From Cenococcum geophilum (lineage: Eukaryota): DNA of 64,000 nucleotides. Each line of letters starts with the position of its first letter. The stretch's first letter is position 1. The stretch spans positions 434,001 to 498,000 of the forward strand of contig CP158636.1 of the NCBI GenBank assembly GCA_050273025.1, written 5' to 3'. Below are positions 1-13,029 of the stretch, one piece after another. The position numbers and the translations under genes are program-made. The notes under the pieces were generated by a model. That model made no database searches and was not told the DNA's origin. It was given only the letters and a program-made list of their open reading frames with translations.

Positions 1-3000
1 CGTTACTATTTAAGTTATAAAACTAAATAAGAGCAAGGGAATCCTATATCTTAAGGATATTATCTTTTATACGGACTTTAATACGAATCTAGTGTTATTC
101 CGTTTACTTTAAAAACGAGGGTACTACTAGGACAATAAAGGAGAGAACAATCTTCTAGTTTAAAAGGATAACTCAGTCCTATATTAAATAAAAAAACGTT
201 ATAGATAATAAACTATTAAATACGTCCGACTAGGAAGTCTATTAGCGTTTAATATAAGCCGACTACTACGCTAATAGAAGCGTAGAGCATTATTAAGAGA
301 TACTTATCTAGATTTAAAAGGAGATATATATTTATAGTATTTGCGTCTAGGTTATCTAGGACCTATAAGCCTTTATTATTTAGGTCTTAATACCTTAAGA
401 GTTAAGCTTTAAGGCCTAAAGATGACGGAATGTTAACATTGCAGTCTCGCTAAAATTAAGCGTTAGGTCTTAAGAAGGGTTTTAAAATAAAAGATTAATA
501 AACCCTATTTTAACCTCTATATTAACTAGACTAACCTTAAGGAAGTATATACCGGATTTATATAAGTTATACTTATTTACAACACCTACTTAGGAAGATC
601 CTTCCCGTACTTTATAACGACGCATAGCGAGAAGAAGAAGACACTATAGGTACTTAAAGATTTTGTATAGTGGATTTGTCTAAGGTATAACCTTAAAGTT
701 AATACTATTAGATTAGATAATAAGCTAGGGAGAAGGAGAACCCTTAAATAGCTACGGACTTAAGGGATTATATTTAAGCCTTTAGCGCTATATACCTAAG
801 CTTAGAACGTTACCGCTAAACGCTTAGGGGGTGTAATTATTAAGAGAGTACGAGTAATAAGAATTGCTATTAATCTATTACACAACCTATAGAACGAGAT
901 AGTCGACTATATAGTTTACCTTTAAGATTAAACGCTATGGGAGGGTAATGGTTAGATATTACTATATAAGAGGTTCTATACCTTTCTAGCTAATAGGAGA
1001 TTAAGAAAGCTGTAACTAGCGCACCTAAAAGCCTACAGCTATAGGGTGTATATAATAACGTTGGACGCCTAGCTAAGGAAGAAAAGGCTAAGTAAGCTAG
1101 ATCCGCGAGCCCATATCGGCTATTTCGTTGGCTATAACTCTACCAATATCTACAGGATCTGGATCCTATATAAGGGTATTATTATCTCTATAAGGGATAT
1201 TATCTTTAATAAAAAGACGTTCTTTGACGGTAAGTAAACGGATATCTTAAAGGACCTATACGCTAAATTAGATATACTAATTAAGAAGATTTAACTACCT
1301 AATACCTAAACTAAGAACGAGGTCCTTCTGGAAGATAATAAAGAAGTATTTAAACAGTCAATTTAAGAGGAAGACGACGACGTCAATAAGCTAGTTTAAG
1401 CCTTTAATAAGTTAGCAGATCTTAAGCTTATAAGAGCTCTTAAAGATATATGCTATACACCACCTCTAATAGAAGAAGATAAAGAATCTCCATATACCTT
1501 TTACGTCGAGTATTTTATAAAGTTAGATGTATAAGGTACTAATCAAGACGTCGCTTATTAAGTAGGAGATACGTTTAATACTTAGGGGGTGTCCAATAAC
1601 TTAATTAAAGACTTATTTAAGGAAGCCAGCAATAATAGGTTTAAAGACTTTATTATAAAAAGAATTACATCAGCCTATTAAGGCGCCTTCTTAGTAAGAA
1701 GGAAGTTTAACCTTAATAGTCGACTTAACGACAGCAAGCTAAAATTAGGTAGAATACACAATATTAAATTACATAGAAAGAATCTACCTCCGCTACCCTA
1801 GTCAATCCAGGACCTTAATATACATCCTCTTTAAGATTAGTTCTAAGAGGCTTAACGAGTCCATCTCCAATTTTATTATTAAATAAGGTCGTTTTAAGAA
1901 ACAGATAAGAAGCACACAAAGGAATAGTATATCCTTAGCTTAATATAGGTATTTGTCTACAAGATAAACAAGTATAGATTTCTCCAGAAATATAAGGCAC
2001 GCTTAATAGTTTACGGAAATTAATAGGCTCTAGGAGACCTACCTATAAGAGCTACTATATTAGCTAGTATGACCTTCTAAACCCTTATAGCAATTATTGT
2101 AAAATTTAACCTGGAGACGATATAGATAGATACAGTTAATGCGTTTGTCTATTGCAATTTTAATAAGGTCGTCTATATAAAGCTACCGCTAGGGTTTAAT
2201 AAAGGAAAGACAGACAAAGTACTGCGCTTAAGAAAAGCCCTATACGGACTATAACAATCACCACTGTTATAGCAGAAGAATCTCACAAGCTTATTAAACG
2301 AATTGGGTTTTAAAGAAGTACCCTAGGAGCCGTATATTATTCTAAAAGGTGAAATAGTAGTCTTCTTCTACGTCGACGATATTGTCTTCTACTACTAAAA
2401 GATAGATAAAAAGAAAGCTCAAAAAGCAATTAAGGAGCTAAGTAAGGAATACCAGATAAGTACCCTTAGTGAGCTAAAATGGTTCCTAGGAATCTATATA
2501 CTACGCAATTATAGCTAGAGGCTCCTATAGCTATCCTAGAAAGCCTATATTAAGAAGATAGCTAACTAGTATAAGATAGATCTTAGAGGGCTTCTTCTAA
2601 ATACTCCTATAGCAGAATCGAAACTCCTCCCTACTAATTACCGTATAATTTATCTAACGCGTCCATCCCCCAATATAGACCTATTAGTCCGTCCTATATC
2701 CCTACTAGCTTCTACAATACTATATTAGAGAAAACTAGGTTTAGTACTCTATACAGCCACTATAACGCGTCCGGATATTACTTTATAGTATTATAGCTAG
2801 TAAGGTTCAATTAGGACCTAAGCTAAAAGCACTATTAAGCGGTAGATAGAGTTATCTAGTACCTATATAGTACGAGGAGTAGAGTAATCTACTATAGAGA
2901 AGATAAGGAAGAAATAAACGGTAGAGGGAAAGATAAAGGAATACGTAATAAAGGACGAGATAATAGAGACGGTAGAGGTAAAGCGCAATTATTTATCTGT

Positions 3001-3590
3001 GCTAGCGATGTATTATTTACAGATAACTCCGTTAATAGAAAGAGCTCGTAAGGATATATTATAAAGCTATTTAGGGGACCGATTGCCTGGAGAGTAAATA
3101 AGCAGAATATAGTAACGACGTCGAGCATAGAAGCCGAGTTATTAGCCCTATTACAGACAGCAAAGGAAGCTATCTTTATTAGTAGGCTATTTAAAGCAAT
3201 AACGTTATACCTAAACGAGCCCTTAATTATTAACTGCGATAACACCTAAACGCTCTAACTAATTATAGAAGATATGGCAAAGCTAATTACAAAGCTCTGA
3301 TACGTTGACATTTATTAATACTAGCTACGTTAGGAATATATAAAGAGACGAGTACGATTTCAATAGACAGCGATAAAGGAGAAAATCGCCAATAGACTTA
3401 TAAAGGCTCTGCCTAAGCAGAGGTTTTAAAGCTTTGTTAATATAATTAGGATAATAGATATTAAGGAGCGGCTAAATAAGGAGAAGCAACTAGAGGATCT
3501 AAGGGAGAATATTAGAGCGAGACGGAAGGATTTAGATAAGGTTATAGTTTAATTAACGCATTAACAAACACGAGAAGGTGGCTAGCTTTG
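1..3590 (+). pseudogene. pol: Copia pol remnant (IN-RT-RH) with many RIP stops
   Basis: Motifs as above; in-frame TAA/TAG at expected Q/W codons. End approximate. Confidence 0.9.
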
Positions 3591-3619
3591 TCCTCGACCA
3601 GGTCAAAGCTAAGGGGGTA

Positions 3620-3804
3620 TATTAGATAATCTGTATTCTTAGTAGCGTAAGATATACACTAGTTATATATACGGGCCACGTATATTATAAATATTTTCAT
3701 TTAAGCCTAGGGGCCCTAGGTCTAGTAACCATTAAGATACAATTAAAATTATTAATAAATTAACCTATTTTATCAATAAATAGCTCTATATAAACTATCT
3801 AACA
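3620..3804 (+). repeat. 3' LTR of element A (185 bp)
   Basis: Begins tattagata (RIP of TGTTAGATA) right after the PPT and ends with the inverted tatctaaca. Confidence 0.8.
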
Positions 3805-3811
3805 GTAGTAG

Positions 3812-3965
3812 TATAGTGGTGTAGATTGGACGTCGCCTACTATCTTGGCATTTTCCTATATTTATAGAGCCTTCGGCTTCCTTCCTTCTTCCCTCTAATA
3901 TATATATCACGACCTTACCAGTTACCAGAAATACACTCTTTTCTTTCTTTCTTTCTGACTGATTA

Positions 3966-3998
<33 letters not shown>

Positions 3999-4085
3999 GA
4001 CCGACCGACCGACCGACCAACCGACAGACTAACAGACTGACGGCACTATAACTTTCCTATCTTAGAGAGGTCGTACCCTCCCATA
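3812..4085 (+). repeat. 5' LTR of element B, containing an (ACTR)n(ACCG)n microsatellite
   Basis: Direct repeat of 10092-10365; termini tatag (from TGTGG) and ccata/ccaca. Confidence 0.95.
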
Positions 4086-5229
4086 TATTTTATGGCATTC
4101 CACATAGGGACGACGGCAAGCTCTTTGGATTAGAAGTCTAGTGCTATATACACAGGAGACATATAGGAGACACACAGGAGACATATAGGAACATCCTACA
4201 ACTATAGAAGAACCGCCAGCTGTAGAAGAACAACTAGCTATGGAAGAACCGCCAGCCAGACAGATAAGACAGTAGAAGAGAACCAGGCAATATCGAACAG
4301 CAAGGGGAACTAGGCAGTACCGGAAAAAGACAGAACAGCTAGACTCAACGCATAGGCTAAAGAGTGGCAATAAGAAGCAAAAGACTGCAAGTCTGTTGAC
4401 CTAAATCGGATATCTTTACCACCTTAACTCGGTTATAGGAAGAGAAGGGTCTCGGAAAGTTATATATAAGGACGTCGGGCGAACCAGCAAGCCAATCAGA
4501 CAACTTTAACCGGCGGTTAAAGTTACCGAGATCTACTACTAAACATAGCCAGACCTTTATTAAAGATGCAAAGACGACAAGCCAAGGGCTAATTAATTAG
4601 ATAGAAACAAGATCTAAGACATTTAGCGGCAAAGGAAGTCAGTACTACCATTTACGAATAAAGGAAATAATACCGAGCAAGGTCGCAAGCACACGAGATC
4701 AGATCTATCCTTAAAAGCTTCCTATTCTAGCTTAGCTTTATCCTCTTTCAAATTATCCGGATTATATCAGCAGCAGCTCTAGAGGCGTTCCATAAAGAAG
4801 TAGATGTAAGTAAAAGCAAGAGGCTTAGCAGCACCCTACCGCGTAGAACAACAACAGGCTAAAACAGATGGACGTACTAAGACCCGGTGGCAGTAGGTAA
4901 TAAAGATTCCGTGCTCTCCTAGGAAGACCCCCCCTTAGGCATTAAAAAGCAGGTGCCTTCCGTTAGGGATATGGCTGTACAAGTAGACCAGCCGCAGCAT
5001 GTACCTATTAAGGTCCCGCCAGGACAGCCATCTAAAACACCCTCTGTTAAGACTACGGCCATATAAGCAGACCTACCGCAGCGTTCACCCATAACACCTA
5101 GGACCGATAACCCTCAGCAGACGAAGGATATAAGCCGTAAGGACCACCTGCAAGCTCCCGAGGAAGCTCTAAATACATTACCCTATAACCAGCAGTCGAC
5201 GGCTCAGGACAGGATCTATGTTATAACCC

Positions 5230-6250
5230 AGCCTATGCCAGCCCTAGGGACTATTAGAACTCCGTACTTTATAAGATAGGACATATTACAGTTTATCAAG
5301 CAGTACGAACGACTATACGCCTAATATCACGTCACGAGTAAGGAAAAGCACTAGGGCCTTCCGGAGTACTATAATTACTAAATAGGGATGTAGATCCAAA
5401 GCCTGCCTAAGTTTGTAATTAGTAACTAAATGGAGCTTATAAGAAGGCTTAGGACCGAATATTAAGCCAAGGACTACTACCGACACATAGAGACAAGAGA
5501 CTTTGTAAAAGCTTACATTTAAATATCTACAGAACAACCGGGCGACTTGCGTCACTACATACAAAATTTCACCAGTATCTTAGCTAAAGCAGTAGCCGCG
5601 GGAAACCTTACTAAGCGAGAGAAGAGGTGGTAGTTTATATAAGGACTCCCTATTAAATACCGCAGGCACGTAATAGAGAAGACAGGGGCCGTAGCAGACG
5701 AGCCTAGTACCCTTGTATTTGAAAGACTGAAGGAGGCTATAAAGTTAAAGTTAATGGCTGTAGAGGGCGCCAAGCGAATAGAAGTCTTTCCAAAAAAAAA
5801 GCCCCTAAATATCCAACTAATACAAGAGCTATGGCAGCAAAGAAATGAGCTCAACCACTAAAGGGAAGGAAGACTTCTTAACCTGGCTAGACTAGGCGTA
5901 CACGGAGGAGCTCTAATATAGCAGCAGTTACCTACTACGGATTAGGCTATAGCTTAAAGCCTAGTATAAAGATATAAGGACTGGCAGAACAGCACCTAAG
6001 CTCCCTTTGTCCTGTAAGACACCCGACCTCTATAAGACCCTCAACCCCCATAAGGCTCTCAATATCCGTAAGGTTCTTAATATCCGTAAGGTTCTTAATA
6101 TCTATAGGACTGTCGATATCCGCAAGATTCTACTGCCTTTAGACGGCCGTAGTAGGACATATAGGGTTAGTAAGGCATATGAAGACAAGGCTAGCAGACC
6201 TGTTTTGGATACAGAGGTCACCGTTTTACTAAATTTAAATGCCAAGGCCT
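5230..6250 (+). pseudogene. gag: Gypsy-like gag core remnant of element B
   Basis: De-RIP reading PAPGTxxTPYF...FIKQYERL, YIQNFTSISAKAVAAGNL..WWFMQGLP, YPQGSQ repeats, then a CFGCRGH...C knuckle-like motif (~6200). The ORF probably extends on both sides. Confidence 0.6.
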
Positions 6251-9200
6251 AAAGGATTTCGTTTAGCAAGGATTTGTGCATCTATCCGATTAAGGAAGAC
6301 TAGCAGCTAGGATACGCAATTAACCTAAACCGGAACTCCCGCGGCTCGGCAATAAAAGACAGCTAAAGGGTATTAAGAACTGGCTGCGTATATACTAAGG
6401 AACTAACCTAGATAGGCCAAGGAAAGAACAGACGCAGTAACCAACTTTCCATGACGGAGTAGTGCTAAAAAACAGTGACAAAATGCGTATAAACTGGGAG
6501 GACTGCTATCAAGTACGGCCTATAAACTCAGTAGTAACGCCCAGCTAGCAACGTCCGCAGACTCGCCTAACCCTTAGAGACAGCCGTACGGCCAAAACAA
6601 TCGTTAAGCCGCAGGCTCCGCAGTAGGTACTGTAGGCTCCGCCGCAGAAGAATATACGATCAGGAGATTCCATCCAGATTAGGTCACAGCCTGCGGATAA
6701 AACGGCTAAAGCTTAGAAGAAGAATAAATTGTTCAACCCTTAGAGACGGTCTTAGAGACGGACGCTTAACTAGGTCAGCTATTAACCCACAGGCTCCACA
6801 GCAGGTGTAGGATGTTTAACTAAGGGACAGTCAAGTTCTAAGGTAGGGGAGAGGGTGCAGGTAACGGCCGTATAAAAAGATTTCTATTTGTCTGCTTAAT
6901 TACTATATTTCCTAAAGCTCCTTTTCTTATTTATTTTCTTAATTACAATATATTAAGACGCGTTAATCGCGACAACCTGCTATAGAGATGTTAGTTTAGC
7001 TCACCGCCTATTACCAAGCCAATAGCGATTTTCCATCCCGGGGATAGAAAATCCTAATTAGTCCAATTAGCAATAGAGCTAGCAGAACTCTATACCGCCC
7101 CTAGAACTCAATAATACAGCTATATAATAAGAACGGATACCGAGAGCCTTAATTAATTACACGGATATAAAGCCAATTATATAACATAGAGCTATACGCA
7201 GGGCCTTAATCGAATAACTGCACGGAAGCCTTAGTCAAACGATTGACTATATAGGGGCTATAACTAGTCGAGGAATCGAATCAAGCAGAGCCTTAATATT
7301 AGCACGTCGCCGTCACTAAATTAAATTAGTCGAATGTCGTTAAATTAGAGCCTTCAACCGGGCCAACCTTATTCCTTAATTAAACAACAACTGATCGCAG
7401 CACGACTATCACTGCTATCTGAATTTAGTACTGCGCTAGCTACACAACAAGAACGGATACTATAGTAAGGAGGGGACCTGTATAAAGGCAGCAGCATGAT
7501 ATTGGAAAACAAGCACCGCAGAAACGGTAAAGCAGTATATAAAGAGGCACTGCGAGATAAGAGAAGACAAGGATACTCTGTAAGAGATCGTATATAGGGC
7601 ATAGCTAACCACCTTAGGCCTAAGCCATCCTTATATAACTAAAGACAGGACCGAGCTATATCTGGCTAAGCTAGTAAAGGACTTTGTTAAGGATTATAAG
7701 GGGAGTAGGCATTAGACGTATAGAAGCTAGCACTTCTTAGGGATCGTCTTAACAAAAGGACTATATTATAGACATAAGGGCAAGGGATATATAATAGAGG
7801 TAGTTATAATAACTAAGAAGCTGTTACTAGATGGCTTTAAAGATACCAAGGACAACTTAGATAAAGCGTAGAGCCAGCAGGATAATAACAAAGAGACTAA
7901 AAGCAGAAGACAACCCTAAGAAGGTTCTTAAGCTGGAAGAAGATTAAGGATACGTAAGCGTACAGCCAGTAGTAAGGGCAAAGAAGCAGCTATAAAGGAC
8001 ATCCTAGAAAAGCACCAGGCCTGCAAAAATGGTCTACTAAAAGCTGCCGCTTATGCTTATAAGGAAGTCTCAAAACAAGTCTCTAAATTAGACGTCTAGT
8101 AAACACTAAGAGCCTTAACCGACTACGGATGCAGAGCTCCAATTAATTAACTATATAGATGCAAAGCTTTAACAGAACGACTGCACAGCTAGAGTCTTAA
8201 TTAATTATCTATAGATATAGAGCCTACGGATACAGAACCCAGGTTATACGTACAGCAGAAGACACCTTAAGTCAAGCCAAAGCCTCAGTCAAATCCTAAT
8301 TAGTTGAACGCCGCCTATATAAGCCAAGTCATTAAATTAGAGCCTTCAGTCAGGCCGACCTAATACCCTATTTAAACGTCAGGCAATTATACAGTCACAG
8401 TTAAATTAAATCAGTTACCCGTTACCGTTAGACATCTTTAATCAGCAGTCAAAGATCCTATAATAGCAGACACACAGGCATATAGGCACTAGGCCTAACC
8501 AAAAGATTAGTATACGGCCGGAAGAACGTTTTAGAGCCTCTATAAGAGTCTCTTCCCTTAACTACCCACCCCCTTATCAATTAATCGCCCGTCCCAACGC
8601 CTACGGATTAGTTAACTAGAACGATCTTTCCTATAAATATAGATACGGAGCCTTACACGGAGTCTCACATAGAGTTGTATATGGAGTCTATAAATATAGA
8701 GCATACAGGTGCAGAGCCCTAATTAGACAACAATACGGCAGCTTAACTAGACGCCTATATAGGAGAAGCCTTAATCAAACGGCAGATGCGGAGCCTTAAC
8801 CGACCATACATCTACGCAGAAGTTTTAATCAATTGTCTACGGGTGCAAAGCCTTAGCCGTACATACAGTAGAAGACACCTTAAGTCAAGCCAGGGCCTCA
8901 CCAAATCTTAATCAGCTAAACGCCGTCTCCATATTCAAATCAGGACAGTCAGAGCCTTTAACCGGGCCGGCTTTTTACCTTAATCAAACGACCGAACGAT
9001 CAGTTGCAGCACGTCGTCGCCGACCAATTAGACAGTCTTCGGCCAGCAGTTAAAGCAGGCACACAGACCCACACGCAGACACGGACGTAGAATATACAAT
9101 ATAGAGTTACTAATGCACAGCCAGATGTATAGCCAGACGCACAGCCAGACACACAGCTAGATGCAGGGCTTAATGCAAAGCCACGGGCGGAGCCTTAACT

Positions 9201-10091
9201 AAGAAGCTGCGTACAATGCAGACCGATACAGTGCTAGATGCAGAGTCTTAATATCAAACAGCTAACTGAATAATTAGATCAAGCTAGAATCTCTACTATC
9301 TTAATTAACTACCCTACCGCCATCGCTGCTGCTGTCACTATTCCGTCCAGCTATTTCGTCCTTACTATCTCAACCAACTGCTCTATCTCTACTGTTCTAG
9401 ATCTGTGTCGTTGCTAGATCTATTTTACTGCCAGGTCTACTAAATCTTTTATGCCGTCCAACTGTTCTGACCGACCTGCTCTAGGCCTAATACTGTTTTG
9501 ACTATTCTACTGCTGCTCTCCCAACCGCCATACCCTACCGTTTTAATCGCCCCGCCGCCGCCCGACTAGTTACCTCCAACCAACTGCTACCAACCGTTCT
9601 GTTATTAACTGTTCTGTCACTGCTGCTACTGCTACTACTGTATTAACTAACTACTGCTAACTAACTGCCATCGACCGTCTGCCGCTACCAAGATTTCTAC
9701 TACCAAAAGTTCTGCTACCGGATGTCCTACTGCTTACTAACTGTTAGCGAGTTCTACCACCGACTGTTCTATCTTATTTTGCCGCGCTAACTGTCTGCTT
9801 TTATTACTGTTTATGCCACTATTACTATTACTGCCGCTACTGCTATTACTGCTGCCGTTATTATTTTTAGTTTACTGCTGTTCTAGTTGCTACTAATAGG
9901 AAGATCGGATTTTAGCTATAGGTAACGGAAGGACACCGTAGAGCAGTTTTATGGAAGGGCTAAAGATATAGTTACCTGCGTTCGTTTAGGGATATGCTTT
10001 CCTTTGTCTATTCTACTTTTACTATACTCTCGTTTTGCTATTCTTCTATATTATAAAACGTTAGGGGACAACGTTCTTGGTGGGGGAGGTA

Positions 10092-10365
10092 TATAGTGGT
10101 GTAGATTAGACATCGCCTACTATCTTGGCATTTTCCTATATTTATAGAGCCTTCGGCTTCCTTCCTTCTTCCCTCTAATATATATATCACGACCTTACCA
10201 GTTACCAGAAATACACTCTTTTCTTTCTTTCTTTCTGACTGATTATAACTGACTGACTAACTAACTGACTGACTAACCGACCGACCGACCGACCGACCGA
10301 CCGACAGACTGACAGACTGACGGCACTGTGACTTTCCTATCTTAGAGAGGTCGTACCCTCCCACA
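10092..10365 (+). repeat. 3' LTR of element B
   Basis: Direct repeat of 3812-4085, preceded by the PPT, ends CCACA. Confidence 0.95.
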
Positions 10366-11606
10366 GTAGTACTAGTAGTATTAAATTCTAATCTTATTAC
10401 AACAGTTATAGAAAACCTATAGTTTTGCTCTAAGTATATTATATAATTCTCCTTTAAACTTCTTCTCTTCGTTTAAATATACCTTTATTAGATTTATAAC
10501 TTCTTATAGTAAAGGAGCTAAAGGTAATAAAGGTAGAGAAAAAGTACCTCTAGGTAAGAGAGTACCTCTAGGTAAGAGAGTACCTTTAGGTAGAAAAGTA
10601 GCGTTCTAGGGGTTTTATTCTAAATCAAAGTTACCCTTTAAAAAATATAGGTTAGTTCTAGGTTTCTATAGTTAACGTATAATCTTAGCTTCCGTTTATA
10701 CTAGTTCTTCTATACTAGTAATAATAGCCTAAATATTACTAGTAATTAGGTTACCGTTTTTAGTAATATATACCCTATTTCTATAGAGGAAGTCTTAAAA
10801 ATCTTAAATAATATTAATATTACTAAGTGCCTAGGTGTTAGCGGTCTATCCCATAAAATCCTCCTTAAAATATTCCTATAGCTATAAATCGGCGTAGTAT
10901 CTACTTTAGTAAAATATAATACGGTATAAGAGAAAGCTATTAACTTATTTTATAGTATAAGTTATTATATTAAAGGTAAATTTGTCCTAATTTTTATTAA
11001 TAAGTTTTGCGTATAAAGCTACCTTTAGTAATAAGGAGTCTTCCTAGTTGTTTAAAGTAGGCGTAGCCATATTTTTAGAGGAAGGGAAGTGTTATTAGTA
11101 TAGGGATTGTTATTTAGTACGCGTTTATAATATATATTTGTGATTATAGGGCTTAAAACTAGTTCTAGCCTTAAATTATAAAGACTTATAAAGCGTATTA
11201 TTCTATATAATAGATATAAGAATCTATAATCTTAAAAAGGCTTAGGACTAGTTCTAGCCTTTAAATCCTTAGATTTGTAAAAGAGTTTTATTTAAGGTTT
11301 AGGACTAGTTCTAATCTTAAAAAACAGCTTCCTCTAGCATAAGTAGCACTAGTATAGTGGCTTATCTCTTCTTAGTAAAATACCTAGCTATTTTATAGTA
11401 TAATAGTAAAGTTAACTACTAATTAGTATTAGTTTTACAAGGTAATATTATATAGCTATAGTTTATAGAAAATATAATTATTCTTATTCTTATATATCTT
11501 AAATAAGGGAGGGTAAGGAGCCTAAGGCTCCTCGCCACACTAGTGCCGCGGCGATATATAACGGCAATATACCTTATATGGTAACCACTTACCTTTATTC
11601 CCAACA
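10366..11606 (-). mobile_element. Element C0: 5' part of a GalEa-type Copia (5' LTR, leader, gag start), interrupted by B and A
   Basis: Reverse complement of 32541-33800 and of 50340-51425. LTR 11427-11606, ctaattag hairpin site 11419-11426, gag ATG at 11070. Confidence 0.9.
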
Positions 11607-12247
11607 GTAACTATATACACTATTTAAACACTATTACTACCTTTAATAATACTATAAGAATAAAAAGTATAATATTATATACTGTCTTAAATTTAAATTA
11701 AAGTACTACCTAATATAACCCTACTATTTAGCGCGTTAATTAGAAGTAATAGAATAGAAAAAAAGCTACATTTAATATATTAGGTCTATCTTTACTATTA
11801 AAGATTAAGTATAGTAAATACCTATAGAATAAGGAGGATAAATATATAAATATATCTCTAGGTAGCTATAAGTACTATTAAAGTAACTCTTATAGTATAA
11901 ATTAATCAATAAGCTCTCCTTTTTAATAATAATAGTAATAAGAGACTTATATTATAGTTATATAATTATTAACTAATTATATTTAATAGTAAAAACTATT
12001 AGTATTAGTAGTATAGTAGCTTTTAATAAACTAGATATAGTAGTAAAACTAGTAATAAAACTAGTAAATATTATAATAAGTATAAAATACTATATAAGTA
12101 GTAATGACTTTTTTTATATTACTAATTATTACCACTAGTTATTTATAGTAGATCCTATACTAAATATAAAATCTTCTTTAAAGCCTTCTTTATAGGGTAC
12201 TTTATTAAATTTTATTCTATTCTTTAAAGCGCCTATTAATCTCTACT
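11607..12247. other. Unidentified, extremely AT-rich background (left part)
   Basis: Continuous with 31743-32540 through TSD ctact of element E; no match noticed elsewhere in the window. Confidence 0.5.
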
Positions 12248-12518
12248 TATATAATTATAGCACCTATTATACTAACCGCGTACTTATACGTTCGGTACAC
12301 TAACTACGCATTTACGCGTTTAGTGTACTAACTATCTACTTACGTATCTAGTGCACTCCTAAAGCACTAACTAATTAGGGGGAGGCGCGTTAGTATATAG
12401 ACCACGTAGTCTACATCAATGAAATCGACAGTTACTACCATCTAAAAAAGTATACGATACTATACGTATTTCGTGCCCCTAGATATAACTTACTTATATT
12501 ATTAAGTTAATATAAACA
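12248..12518 (+). repeat. 5' LTR of element E
   Basis: Direct repeat of 31472-31742. Confidence 0.92.
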
Positions 12519-13029
12519 CTAATTAGTAAGCGCGCACAGATTAGCAATTACTTAATACCTCCCCCTAATAATACTTAACAGTAACTACCTATTTAGACTC
12601 CTAGTACGACCTACTAAAAGGTTAGAAGTTAGGGATTACGGACTATTACTAACTCTGTATACTTATTTAAGTCTTAATACAGTTTACTAAAAGTATAATA
12701 AACGCGAATATAGACCTATACGGAACCCCTTACCCTTAAACCTTAAACCCCTATTCTTACTATACCCTCTTTTAATACCTCCGACGTCTTTTTAGACCCC
12801 TTATAAAGACCCCCTACCCTTTTATAAACTGTTACAGACCCGTTAATTACCTTTACGGACCGTTACGGAGACCTCCTACCTCTCTACAAACTACTACGGA
12901 CCTATTAAGACCCCTTACAGACATCCTTACCCTTCTATAAACTACTACGGACCTACTAACCACTTTTATAAACCTTATAAGACCTCTACTACCTACTACG
13001 TATTATACTATATATATAGTATAGTAGAC

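Larger units (their letters stand above)
1..3804 (+). mobile_element. Element A: Ty1/Copia LTR retrotransposon, 3' part (integrase-RT-RNase H-PPT-3' LTR), RIP-inactivated; 5' end outside window
   Basis: De-RIP motifs in Copia order: LRLGHPG (~341), GYFVGYDSTNIYRIW (~1118), KARL (~1994), VNAFV (~2135), RKALYGL (~2230), FFYVDDIV (~2363), TRPDI (~2765), VTTSSxEAEL (~3112). PPT aaggggg at 3611 is followed by an LTR. Confidence 0.95.
3812..10365 (+). mobile_element. Element B: 6.55-kb non-autonomous LTR element with Gypsy-like gag and no recognisable pol
   Basis: Near-identical 274-bp LTRs (3812-4085, 10092-10365), PPT gggggagg at ~10082, 4-bp TSD gtag (3808-3811 / 10366-10369). No PR/RT/RH/IN motifs seen. 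Confidence 0.85.

Noticed and set aside
3966..4025. Telomere-like repeat (ACTA/ACCG runs)
   Set aside because: A tetranucleotide microsatellite inside both B LTRs, not TTAGGG and not terminal.
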